Virus record (IMG/VR): IMGVR_UViG_3300033165_000009
Span: 1 to 36,712 of that record
Length of the DNA stretch: 36,712 nucleotides
Strand: one strand, 5' to 3'
DNA from: a virus
Below are positions 1-9,049 of the stretch, piece by piece (positions within the stretch are counted from its first letter, which is position 1; each line of letters begins with the position of its first letter). The position numbers and the translations under genes were made by a program. Below the pieces are notes generated by a model that worked only from the letters and a program-made list of their open reading frames with translations, did no database searches and was not told the DNA's origin.

Positions 1-2
1 GC

Positions 3-245
3 TTATTATTAAACCCTAAAGGAACGTATGAAGGGGAAATAACCTGTAGCCACTGTGATGCCGATTATGATGGTTGCACTGGTTATGATAAGCATGGGGA
101 TGGTGCACGGGCACGATTGGAAAGGTATGTTCCAGAACCTATCGACAACCTAACAGCAACCAATACGACTACCAATACGACAACCCCACCACTTACAGGG
201 TGGGATTTAGCACACCACACATACCAAAACAACCAGATAATTTAA
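3..245 (+). CDS. 5'-truncated ORF, C-terminal part of a Cys-rich protein (NPKGTYEGEITCSHCDADYDGCTG) with a Thr-rich tail
   Basis: Frame 3 is open from base 3 to TAA 243-245 (80 aa), below/omitted from the ORF track because it has no start; CxxC...C motif of a kind I recall from Methanobacteriales proteins. Confidence 0.55.
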   Translation, partial: LLLNPKGTYEGEITCSHCDADYDGCTGYDKHGDGARARLERYVPEPIDNLTATNTTTNTTTPPLTGWDLAHHTYQNNQII

Positions 246-261
246 AGTTCACTGGTGTATT

Positions 262-600
262 TAGGGTAACTTAACCCTACTAGTTACCCATAATATACAT
301 AGTTACTCAACTTTTAGAGTGATATATTACCGGGGCAAGCGGTGTTAGAGTTTCAATCCCTACCAACTATAATTTATTCCATTTTTTCACGGCGATAGGT
401 AGCCCCGGGGCCTACGGTGGGCAATTCACCCCTCCCCTTTTAAAACCCCCTACCCGCCAATGTTAAAAAAAAGATGATTATAGCTTTTTTAGTATAACAT
501 TATAGCAAATTTACCATAATGGTATGGTAAATTTACCATACCATTCACTCTATTTTTAGAGTTAATATTTATAAAGACTCATTCTACTTTTTAGAGTAAC
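262..600. promoter_or_regulatory. AT-rich intergenic control region with repeated operator-like motifs and TATA-like boxes
   Basis: GGGTAACT(264-271)/AGTTACCC(282-289) inverted repeat; ACTC-N8-GAGT at 305-320 and 547-562; TTTTAGAGT at 312, 554 and 589; TTTATAAA at 568-575. Confidence 0.55.
518..545. repeat. Perfect 28-bp palindrome
   Basis: AATGGTATGGTAAA|TTTACCATACCATT; overlaps a direct repeat AAATTTACCATA (507-518, 529-540). Confidence 0.95.
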
Positions 601-618
601 AAAAAAGGATTGATACTT

Positions 619-711
619 ATGGACAGGGTTGACACTGCAATCACTGAACTGGCAATCCTAATATTAATACTATTCATTGTAATGTTATGTTACACAAGTG
701 GAATACACTAA
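619..711 (+). CDS. 30-aa single-TM microprotein
   Basis: MDRVDTAITELAILILILFIVMLCYTSGIH; AAGGA RBS-like sequence upstream, downstream of the TATA-like box at 568. Confidence 0.4.
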   Translation: MDRVDTAITELAILILILFIVMLCYTSGIH

Positions 712-778
712 AAAGAAAGATGGGAAGTTATACACACTTACCTAGGAATTTACCTAATATAAAGGAGATGATTAAAAA

Positions 779-961
779 ATGGACAATGGAAAAATAAGCA
801 CATACATAATAAGTGGAGCAATGGTAATATTCAGTGCAATACTAGCACAACCAGACCTAATACAACCACTACTAGGCGACTACTACACCCGATTCCTAGC
901 AATAGTACCACTACTCATAGTCATATACAACGCCTACTACCCCCGACCCACACAAGAATAA
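779..961 (+). CDS. Small two-TM membrane protein, holin-like
   Basis: 60 aa, two hydrophobic segments, AAGGAGATGAT RBS. Confidence 0.55.
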   Translation: MDNGKISTYIISGAMVIFSAILAQPDLIQPLLGDYYTRFLAIVPLLIVIYNAYYPRPTQE

Positions 962-1019
962 TCAGGATAAAATAAACATAAAAACAGGGATAGGATACAC
1001 CCCTACCCCATGATCCAAT

Positions 1020-1409
1020 ATGAACCCCAAACCAAGTAATATACTTTCCGACAGACTACCCGGAAGTAACACCACACAACAAAACCCCACAAACAACACC
1101 CCCTGCCCATTACACCCAAACATAACCGAAGACCTAATCCTAATCAAATACGAACTAGGAATCAAAGAAAAACAAAACGGAGAACGAGACAAACAAATAC
1201 AACACGCATGGAAACGAATAAACACCGTGGGAAACAAAGCAGAAGAAGAAGACACAACAATCAAAACACAATTCCAAGTCATGAAAGTAGAAATCGAGTT
1301 CATGAGGAAGTTACAGTGGGCTATCTTAGTCTGCCTATTAGGACTCTTCGGAACAATAGTATTCTTTTTTATCGAGTTCAACTGGAAAACCTTTATTTTA
1401 GGAATGTGA
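1020..1409 (+). CDS. Coiled-coil protein with C-terminal TM helix (XhlA/holin-accessory-like)
   Basis: 129 aa; charged helical middle and WAILVCLLGLFGTIVFFFI TM segment. Confidence 0.5.
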   Translation: MNPKPSNILSDRLPGSNTTQQNPTNNTPCPLHPNITEDLILIKYELGIKEKQNGERDKQIQHAWKRINTVGNKAEEEDTTIKTQFQVMKVEIEFMRKLQWAILVCLLGLFGTIVFFFIEFNWKTFILGM

Positions 1410-1573
1410 GTTGTATGGGTGCGTACCAAATCCGGGAAGGAAAACCCCAAACAGGGTACTACACTGATGAAGTGATTACAAAAGAAGAATACCAAACCAT
1501 GGATGACTACCAACTAATGAAAAAACACAAACGCAGGATGAGAACATGGCAGGCGGAAGACCAAGCAAACTAA
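1406..1573 (+). CDS. Hypothetical protein (55 aa)
   Basis: 3' part of track ORF 1208-1573; GTG at 1406 overlaps the upstream TGA (coupled), alternative ATG at 1415. Confidence 0.5.
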   Translation: MSCMGAYQIREGKPQTGYYTDEVITKEEYQTMDDYQLMKKHKRRMRTWQAEDQAN

Positions 1574-1577
1574 CAGA

Positions 1578-1624
1578 CCTGACATTCCCTGACAATCCTG
1601 ACAATAACCTGACATCCCACGACA
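1578..1624 (+). repeat. Five helically phased CCTGACA-type repeats upstream of TerS (candidate pac/TerS binding site)
   Basis: CCTGACA at 1578, 1588, 1597, 1608 and CACGACA at 1618 (spacing 10, 9, 11, 10). Confidence 0.85.
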
Positions 1625-1642
1625 TTCGAAAAAGTGATTAAA

Positions 1643-2179
1643 ATGGCCAGACCTAGCGCTGTAGAAGTATCCCCTTACCGGGAAGAAATCGAGGAAATGA
1701 TTAAAGAAGGTAAGAAAGATACAGACATATCCAAGTGGACTAAGCAAAAGGGGGCCTATATATCCAGACAGGCAATTAATGGTTACAGAAATAATAAGTT
1801 CAACATTACTGAGAAGGCCCGCCGAAAATATCAGGATAAAAAAAGTAAAGAACGATTGGAAAATGCAGCTGATGAGCAAGTTAGCGACATTGAAAAAATT
1901 GACAAAGATTGTAATGTGATTGACACTTGGCTGGCAGAAATAGATCCAAGTATCATGGAAGACATGGATGAAAAAGAAATAGCCAAATTATTCAACCAAT
2001 TATTGAAGACCAAGGACCAGAAAATTAAAACCAAATATCAAATTCTGGGCGTTATTAAGGATGGTTCAGATGTCAGTGTTTATGTGAATAACCAGATTAA
2101 ACCACCAAAAGACCCCAGTTTACGTTCAAAAGCTAGAGATTTAATTAGTCAGATTCGCAACACAGAAAAACCAGAATAA
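1643..2179 (+). CDS. terS: Terminase small subunit (N-terminal HTH, coiled coil)
   Basis: HTH-like N-terminus (EEMIKEGKKDTDISKWTKQKGAYISRQAINGY), immediately upstream of TerL; ATG 1643 after AGTGAT RBS (track start GTG 1634). Confidence 0.7.
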   Translation: MARPSAVEVSPYREEIEEMIKEGKKDTDISKWTKQKGAYISRQAINGYRNNKFNITEKARRKYQDKKSKERLENAADEQVSDIEKIDKDCNVIDTWLAEIDPSIMEDMDEKEIAKLFNQLLKTKDQKIKTKYQILGVIKDGSDVSVYVNNQIKPPKDPSLRSKARDLISQIRNTEKPE

Positions 2180-2180
2180 G

Positions 2181-3692
2181 GTGAGTGTTGTGGAAGAATT
2201 ATTATACGATCCACTACAGCAGGCTAGGATGAGTCCAGCCTGCCTGGCCATGACGGCTAGTAATGATCGTTGGAAGTTATATGAACACCTGAAATTATTG
2301 GATGATCTTTTATTATTCATGAATAACCGGCAGATTCACCGGTCAATGACTTGGATGCCTCCTCAGCATGGTAAAAGTTTATTATTATCTCAATACTTCC
2401 GTGTCTGGTATCTAGGAGAAAACCCGGATGATCGTTTTATTGGTTGTAGTTATGGTTCTGATTATGCTGCCAGATGGAATAAAAAAGCACGTGACGTTTT
2501 TCAAAGATGGGCTCACCGAGTGTGGGGCTTACATTTGCAACATGATAGTAAGTCAAGGGATCATTGGGATATCTTAGACCATGAAGGAGGGTCACATAGT
2601 GCAGGTGCAGATGCATCTGTGACTGGTGAGCGTGGGGATATTATTGGAATTGATGACCCCCATAAAAGCCGTAAAGAAGCTAAAAGTCCAGTTATTCAAT
2701 TGAATGTTTATGAATGGTACACTGATGTTGTTGACACCAGGCTGTCAAAAAAAGGCCTCATAAACATCACTCAGACCCGGTGGGATCTTCGAGATTTATC
2801 AGGTAGGATCCTACACGATAAGGATGGGAATATTAACGAACCCCATGTTTACATGGACCAAGAACTTCTAGAATTTTTACATAACGGAGGCGTTATTGAT
2901 AAGGATACCTGGGTGATCCTACGTTTACCTGGTATTGCTGAAGAGAATGACATACTTGGCCGCAAACCTGGCGAAGCACTATGTCCAGACCTACATCCAA
3001 TAGGAGATTTACTTGCAAAAAAGAAAAGAATGCGTGGCCGGTTCGATGCCCAGTACCAGGGAACACCAATACCAGATGTTGGAGAGATGTTCGATGCGGC
3101 TTGGTTCAAGATTATTCCCAAAACCAGTCCATTGTTAAGTCATCTGATGACAACCAAGAGGGGATGGGATTTAGCAGGCACCAGACAGAAACAGGGGCAG
3201 GGTGAAGATCAAGGTCCGGCCAGAACAGCTGGGGTCATGGGCAGCAGGACACATAGTAATGATTTTGTTATACATAGCTGTGAAACCTTACGAGAAACTC
3301 CTGGAGCAGTTAGGACAGCTATTAAGGCCCGGGCATTAAAAGACAATAAAAAAAGAAATGTTCCCACACTTGTAGTACACGACCCCGGCCAGGCCGCAAT
3401 TGACCAGATGGAAAGATATGCAGAGGCATTCAAAGGAACAGGGTGTAGTTTCAAACCATTTGTAGAATCTTATTTTGGAAGTAAAGAAGACCGAGCGGAC
3501 AATGTAGCTGACCATGCAGCATTATTTAACATTTACCTAGTTGAGGGAGATTGGAATTATGATTTCATTAAAGAACATACAGATTTCCCTAATGGAAGAT
3601 TCAAAGACCGTGTGGATGCTACTAGCGTAGTATTTGCCAGTCTATTCAAAGTACAACCCGATATAGAAGAGGAAGAAGCTTACGTTTACTAA
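2181..3692 (+). CDS. terL: Terminase large subunit
   Basis: Walker A-like MPPQHGKS, Walker B IIGIDDP, coupling TQTRW, RNase H-like GWDLA and C-terminal DRVDA; start may be GTG 2190. Confidence 0.95.
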   Translation: MSVVEELLYDPLQQARMSPACLAMTASNDRWKLYEHLKLLDDLLLFMNNRQIHRSMTWMPPQHGKSLLLSQYFRVWYLGENPDDRFIGCSYGSDYAARWNKKARDVFQRWAHRVWGLHLQHDSKSRDHWDILDHEGGSHSAGADASVTGERGDIIGIDDPHKSRKEAKSPVIQLNVYEWYTDVVDTRLSKKGLINITQTRWDLRDLSGRILHDKDGNINEPHVYMDQELLEFLHNGGVIDKDTWVILRLPGIAEENDILGRKPGEALCPDLHPIGDLLAKKKRMRGRFDAQYQGTPIPDVGEMFDAAWFKIIPKTSPLLSHLMTTKRGWDLAGTRQKQGQGEDQGPARTAGVMGSRTHSNDFVIHSCETLRETPGAVRTAIKARALKDNKKRNVPTLVVHDPGQAAIDQMERYAEAFKGTGCSFKPFVESYFGSKEDRADNVADHAALFNIYLVEGDWNYDFIKEHTDFPNGRFKDRVDATSVVFASLFKVQPDIEEEEAYVY

Positions 3693-3711
3693 AAAAATAG
3701 TGGTGGAACTT

Positions 3712-4965
3712 ATGGGATTATTAGACAGAATCAACTACAAAAACTTTCTTTTAAAGAATGCAGAACCCAACGCAATTGAAGAAACCGGGATAGATACTGA
3801 CGACACCATTACCACTGACAAAGATTCTGTTGATCTAATCACAACCGTACCATTCAAAGTTAAACGAACAATTAAAAACTGCCGTTTCGCTGCAAACGAC
3901 CCAATAGTGAAGGGTATAATCAACGACACTATCACCAAGACAATATCCAACTTCATAATTGAAGGAGATAACCAGGACGCAGCAGATTATATTACTGATC
4001 GTTGTAAAAGCACGGACTGGGACATTAACCAAGTCATGCGTGACCTATTATGGGGGGGCCAAGTTGATGGGGAAGTATTCATGAATAAGATTATCATTGA
4101 AAACAAAACCCACCTCAGAATGTTGGCATTTGACGCTGAAAACTATCGAATCAAAAAGATTTACGATGAATACGGTAGGGTCACAGGTTTCAAACAACTC
4201 ACACAAAGAAACAAAGACACGAATAAAGGATGGCTGGCTAAAAAATTCGAGGAACTGGAGGAGAAACTGGAAGAATGGACAGTACCCTTCCAGCCAGGAG
4301 AAATCATCAATGCCAAGTATATGGAGTTAAAAGGTAAGGGCAGATCCATAGTGATGGACATCCTGGACCCAGTATACTACCGGAGAGTACTATCAGATCT
4401 GATGCCTAAAACTGTTTTCAAAAATTCCAATATTCTAATCGTGACCATGGGGAACAAAGATGCTCCTGGTAAACGTTTAACTAAACAGTCCCGGGAGGCA
4501 GTAGTAGAGGCCACCACGGATTATCATAAGAAGGGAGTTGTAGTTCTCCCTTTCGGGCTTGAAGCTGAAATGGTTGGCACAAGTAACCTACCAGATATTC
4601 CCTCATATAAGCAGGATTTTAAGAATGAAATCTTCGATGGACTTTCAACACCACATGCCCTTTTTGACACGGAGGGAAGTAACCGGGCCACAGCAGAGGT
4701 GTTGATGGACAGTGAAACCAGTGGAAGAGTTGTATTCCTAGAGTATAATCGGGAATGGTTGAAGAAATATATTGAAAATGAACTATTCGCCCCCGAACTA
4801 GAACTGGCAGGTAAGAAGGGAAAGGTTTGGATTAACTTCCACCCAGAAAAGAAGGATGAGAAAACAGCATACATGGATTCTGATGAAAACAGAGCCAAAC
4901 CCAAATCCAACAAAGAAGATGAAGATGAAGAAGAAGATGTGGAGGTTGATGCTGATGGTGACTGA
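3712..4965 (+). CDS. Portal protein
   Basis: About 417 aa directly after TerL, helical portal-like content, acidic C-terminal tail. Confidence 0.8.
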   Translation: MGLLDRINYKNFLLKNAEPNAIEETGIDTDDTITTDKDSVDLITTVPFKVKRTIKNCRFAANDPIVKGIINDTITKTISNFIIEGDNQDAADYITDRCKSTDWDINQVMRDLLWGGQVDGEVFMNKIIIENKTHLRMLAFDAENYRIKKIYDEYGRVTGFKQLTQRNKDTNKGWLAKKFEELEEKLEEWTVPFQPGEIINAKYMELKGKGRSIVMDILDPVYYRRVLSDLMPKTVFKNSNILIVTMGNKDAPGKRLTKQSREAVVEATTDYHKKGVVVLPFGLEAEMVGTSNLPDIPSYKQDFKNEIFDGLSTPHALFDTEGSNRATAEVLMDSETSGRVVFLEYNREWLKKYIENELFAPELELAGKKGKVWINFHPEKKDEKTAYMDSDENRAKPKSNKEDEDEEEDVEVDADGD

Positions 4966-5731
4966 AATACCTTCAATCTCTGAAATCTTTGGAAGAAGTG
5001 ATGATTCTTTTGAAATAGATAACATCCCAGTAGATGAAGGGATGACTACGGATGAGGAATTAATGTATGTTGCAATATTCGTCATCCTTACCTCACTTTA
5101 CACGGGCTTTGAGCATAAAAGTGTTGACTACGTGCTGAACAAATTCTCTAAAGCAGCAACAAATGCAGGGATTAAAATTGACAAAACCAGTAAAGCCGAA
5201 CTGGTCAAAATAGTTGAAACCCATAGGGTTGAAATTCTAAAGGAATACAAGATACATGAAAAAATTATTCCCCAAGTGAAACTTGATTACAACCTCCAAG
5301 GCACATACTCCACCCTCTCATCCAGTGTCAAAGCCATGATAAACCAGTTAAAAGACGATGTGAAAACCAAGGCGTTGGCTGCTAAGGAAAGGATGAGTGA
5401 AGCGAAGGATTTCAATCTCAAATCTAACTTTGTCAGAGCTGCTAAGAGAACGCGGAATTTTGTCAAATTCAATGCTCAATTCGCTAAACAGAAAGTTACA
5501 AGGGCAGCTCAGAAGATGAGGTATGGGTCTAGGATGTTGTATTATTGGGTTGTGGCATTTCAAAATACTTGTAAATGGTGTTTTGCACTTGCCCGGTTAC
5601 CTCCGAAGCCCATAGATGAATGGCCTTATGACCATCCCAATGGTCATTGTGTTTTAGTTCCCGTATCTAATGATTCCAGTGAGGAATATTCGCGTTACCT
5701 GGAAATGTCTAACAATATTACAATAATATAA
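4958..5731 (+). CDS. Head morphogenesis protein (SPP1 gp7/Mu gpF-like)
   Basis: Follows portal; C-terminal CKWC...PYDHPNGHCVL variant of the CxxC...HPNCRC motif; ATG 4958 overlaps portal stop. Confidence 0.75.
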   Translation: MTEIPSISEIFGRSDDSFEIDNIPVDEGMTTDEELMYVAIFVILTSLYTGFEHKSVDYVLNKFSKAATNAGIKIDKTSKAELVKIVETHRVEILKEYKIHEKIIPQVKLDYNLQGTYSTLSSSVKAMINQLKDDVKTKALAAKERMSEAKDFNLKSNFVRAAKRTRNFVKFNAQFAKQKVTRAAQKMRYGSRMLYYWVVAFQNTCKWCFALARLPPKPIDEWPYDHPNGHCVLVPVSNDSSEEYSRYLEMSNNITII

Positions 5732-5770
5732 CCTATTTCCTATTTTTTTCATTTAATTTAATATTCATTT
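5732..5770 (+). terminator. Oligo-T archaeal terminator-like tract
   Basis: CCTATTTCCTATTTTTTTCATTT directly after the stop codon. Confidence 0.45.
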
Positions 5771-5789
5771 TACATGGAGGTATGGTACT

Positions 5790-6635
5790 ATTTTAATACC
5801 CATATTTGAACCAGGCCTAGGTGATTATAGAGACCATGGCCTGGACAAACCCGTTAAATTCACAGAGGAATTTTTAAAAGAAATAGCAGCCACAACTGGC
5901 AGCTTAAACGTGACTGACGAGCATACTACAAAAGTCATAGGCATGGTAGATACCTTCGTCTACAGAGATGGCAGCCTACAAGTCAAGCCACCAGAGGGCC
6001 TTGACCTGAAAGGTAAAGGAATCAGCCCAGTCTTTGATGAAATGAACCTGGCAGAATATGATGAATACTACCTACCAATAACTGGTTACCTCAAGGAAGT
6101 AGGTTTAACAGCCACCCCCAGGAGCCATATTCTGTATAATAGTATTAAAAAGCCTGAGGAGGATGATAATTTGGGTGATAAAAGCGAAGTTTTGGAAAGA
6201 GCATTAGAAAAACAGCAGGAACAGCAGGAAGAAATCGGTATTCTTAAATCCAAGCTTAAAAGTGCTAATAAAACTGTTGAGGAAAAACAAAAACTTGAAA
6301 AGGACTTAAAAGATTTAGAAAAAGAAAAAAAGGACAATGAAAAGAAAATTAAAGATTTAGAAGATAAAGCCAAGAAATATGATGAATTAGAAGGTAAAAA
6401 GAAGGAAAAACTCATCAAAGAATTAGCAGGTGATGATGAAGAATTGAAAAAAGAACTCGAAGACATGCCCCTTGAAAAGCTCCAATTCTTCAAGGAACAT
6501 AAAATCATCACTCAAAAACCAAAAGGAGTACCCACTGGTGGGGCTCCGGGATTGGATGATGATGGAACACAAACCCCTGGTGATGATAAACCCGGAGATT
6601 TTGCAGAGATAAGGAAGAAAAAGAAAAGATGGTAA
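5790..6635 (+). CDS. Capsid scaffold / protease-scaffold protein (probable ATT start)
   Basis: Frame is open from 5757; GGAGGT RBS at 5776 then ATT 5790; N-terminal ILIPIFEPG...PVKFTEEFLKEIA extension looks coding; C-terminal highly charged coiled coil; sits before cement and MCP genes. Confidence 0.75.
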   Translation: MLIPIFEPGLGDYRDHGLDKPVKFTEEFLKEIAATTGSLNVTDEHTTKVIGMVDTFVYRDGSLQVKPPEGLDLKGKGISPVFDEMNLAEYDEYYLPITGYLKEVGLTATPRSHILYNSIKKPEEDDNLGDKSEVLERALEKQQEQQEEIGILKSKLKSANKTVEEKQKLEKDLKDLEKEKKDNEKKIKDLEDKAKKYDELEGKKKEKLIKELAGDDEELKKELEDMPLEKLQFFKEHKIITQKPKGVPTGGAPGLDDDGTQTPGDDKPGDFAEIRKKKKRW

Positions 6636-6656
6636 ACTAAATTGGAGGTAGATTTT

Positions 6657-7181
6657 ATGACTAAAGTTGGAACATTTTTTGAAGAAAAGGACGTTAAAAC
6701 CTACGAGGTTGAAGAAGGAACTGCCACCTACCGTGAAGGTGTGGACCCGAACAATGGCCTACCTAACGAACAGCTAACTTTCGCAGCACAAGTGACTGAG
6801 GAAAGTTTCCTGGTCCGTGGGACTGGTGAAAGAAGCATGAAGAAAGTTGCAAATGGAGAGGTTGCAACCCACATCAACCCTTACAACCCAGAGGTTCAAG
6901 GAACACTACCTAAAGAAACCGCCACCCAGGGTAATTATCCTAACAGATACGTTGGTGCGGCCAGACTGCCTAATGATGAAATTCAACTACCCCTTGAAGA
7001 TACTAATGAAGAAATCAGTGTAGGGGATAAGCTCAACATCAACCCAGCAACTGGTAAACTAGGTAAAACAGCCGAAACCAGTAACGTTGTTTACAGTTAC
7101 GATGCAATCCCAGCAAACACCGGAGGCTACATTACTGTTGACTGCCGTGGGCTCATTGGCTGCGTAATTAGAGGACAATAA
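6657..7181 (+). CDS. Head decoration/cement-like protein
   Basis: 174 aa, beta-rich, between scaffold and MCP; GGAGGT RBS. Confidence 0.55.
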   Translation: MTKVGTFFEEKDVKTYEVEEGTATYREGVDPNNGLPNEQLTFAAQVTEESFLVRGTGERSMKKVANGEVATHINPYNPEVQGTLPKETATQGNYPNRYVGAARLPNDEIQLPLEDTNEEISVGDKLNINPATGKLGKTAETSNVVYSYDAIPANTGGYITVDCRGLIGCVIRGQ

Positions 7182-7208
7182 TTTAATTTATTTTTGGAGG
7201 TAATAAAA

Positions 7209-8150
7209 ATGGCAAGTTTAAAAGAAATATACGCTGACTTTGAGAACGGAACCTACCTAGCAGAGCTTAAACTTTCAATGGTTGAAGGTTACAGATTCGC
7301 CGGTAACTTCCCACTCATGAAAGTGGACAATGAACAGGTTACAGTTGTTGAAAGCACACCAATTGACAAGTTCCTAACCCAGACTGGGAAGTCAAAGAAA
7401 CTGGCTAAAGGCGCAAGTGCACGCAAAATCCGTGGAGAAGTCATAACTCCAAGTGGATTCAAACTTGTGCATAATGAAATAGAATATAATATCCTTAACA
7501 GTGACATGGAACACCCTAACTTCAACCTCATGGATGAAATCAGTGCAATGGGATATGTCTTTGCTAATGATGTGGACGAAACCGTTTACAACACTGCCAA
7601 GGACAACGCCACTGTTGTAACTGATGATAAGATTATAGGGGAATGGGGTGAAAACGCCACTGAATTTAAATCCGTGCTCCGTGACTTGATGAGATTCCAG
7701 GCCAGTATCAGACCAAAACCATACAACATAAACATGGTTGCTTATGGAACCGAGGCAGACGTGGAATTAAAAGCCAGAGCAGCACAATCCGTTAGTGATT
7801 ACGTCCTCCCTCAGAACGGCTTTAAAATTAAAGATGCCCTGGACTTAGCCAATGCTAAGAACTTCTGGGGTGGAAGGAACTTTGATGATGGGGAGGCAAT
7901 AGGGTTTGACAGGGACATGCCTGCATTGGATGTGATCATGATGAAATACAACAACCCTAAAATCAAGTCCATGCCTACCATTGAAGGAATGGAATCCTTA
8001 CTCCCACCCGTGTCAATGTTAATGTTTGACAATGCTGATGAAGAGCACAGGCCAAGGACAACTATTAAAGTGGCTTGTACTGCTGGAGCTTACCCAAGGG
8101 CTCAGGGTGAAAGGATGATCCGTATTGCTGACCTGGTTACAGCAGGATGA
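7209..8150 (+). CDS. Major capsid protein (HK97 fold)
   Basis: 313 aa, strong GGAGGT RBS, canonical position, helix pattern (MDEISAMGYVFANDVDETVY) typical of HK97-type MCP. Confidence 0.8.
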   Translation: MASLKEIYADFENGTYLAELKLSMVEGYRFAGNFPLMKVDNEQVTVVESTPIDKFLTQTGKSKKLAKGASARKIRGEVITPSGFKLVHNEIEYNILNSDMEHPNFNLMDEISAMGYVFANDVDETVYNTAKDNATVVTDDKIIGEWGENATEFKSVLRDLMRFQASIRPKPYNINMVAYGTEADVELKARAAQSVSDYVLPQNGFKIKDALDLANAKNFWGGRNFDDGEAIGFDRDMPALDVIMMKYNNPKIKSMPTIEGMESLLPPVSMLMFDNADEEHRPRTTIKVACTAGAYPRAQGERMIRIADLVTAG

Positions 8151-8185
8151 TCCCATCCCTTTTCCTATTTTAAGGAGGGGATGAT

Positions 8186-9043
8186 ATGGATTATTTAAAC
8201 GTTTTAGATCATCTAAAAGCCTATTCTGTTGACAGGATTATTCTATCTGATTTTTCAAAGGACTGGGCAACCAATGGCACCGTAGCAGTTGAATTAACAG
8301 AAACACATGCAACCGTGCACACTGATTCTCTTGAAGTTTCTGGCATGATGGAAGGCGCCTATATTTACACGACCCGTGACTTTGAAGAAACAGAGGAGAG
8401 GAAAGCTTTCAGGTTAGATGACCGGGAAAATATACTACTCCACATATATTCAGACAGTGATATAACGGAGAAATCTTTGGAACTTATTTTATCTGACAGC
8501 ACCAATCTCACAACTGCAATAGTAACTATGGAACTCCCAGAATTAGAGGAGGGATTGGTTAATATTGTTGAACTACCCATCGCCAAAGAAGACATAGTGA
8601 AACTATCCAACATCACAAGCGTTGGAATCAAAGCCCTGAAAACCATCACGGCAACGATCAACCTAGCCCTAATCAACGCAACCAGCTCCAAATACATTGC
8701 AACCGTTGAAGACTTAGAACAAAAAATCAAAGAAGGAATCACCTATGTCTTATCAAAACTGGGCCCAGAATACACGACAGTACCAGATGACGATGAACTG
8801 GAAGGAGCAGTGTACCTGGCAGCTGCAAGTTACGCTTGGATGAAACAGAAAGAAAACGAACAATACCAGTTCGACTATGGGAACACAACCACAACGAAAA
8901 ACTATGGAGTGAGCTTACGAACCCGGGCAAAAATGATAGTTGACTCATTCCTAGCCGGAGGGGATGCTGAAAGCAGTGCCAATTCCGAATCAACAGAAAC
9001 GTATATTAACACAAGCTTGATAGGTTACAGCTTATTGAAGTGA
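8186..9043 (+). CDS. Head-tail adaptor (gp6/gp15-like C-terminus) with an extra N-terminal beta-sandwich domain
   Basis: C-terminal ATVEDL...EGITYVLSKLG...LEGAVYLAAASYAW helical adaptor pattern; about 170-aa N-terminal beta-rich extension. Confidence 0.6.
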   Translation: MDYLNVLDHLKAYSVDRIILSDFSKDWATNGTVAVELTETHATVHTDSLEVSGMMEGAYIYTTRDFEETEERKAFRLDDRENILLHIYSDSDITEKSLELILSDSTNLTTAIVTMELPELEEGLVNIVELPIAKEDIVKLSNITSVGIKALKTITATINLALINATSSKYIATVEDLEQKIKEGITYVLSKLGPEYTTVPDDDELEGAVYLAAASYAWMKQKENEQYQFDYGNTTTTKNYGVSLRTRAKMIVDSFLAGGDAESSANSESTETYINTSLIGYSLLK

Positions 9044-9049
9044 TCACTC

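Noticed and set aside
350-365. GTTTCAATCCC, resembling the end of a methanogen CRISPR repeat (solitary repeat / RNA anti-CRISPR idea)
   Set aside because: Single short match of about 10 nt, no second copy or spacer pattern; compatible with chance
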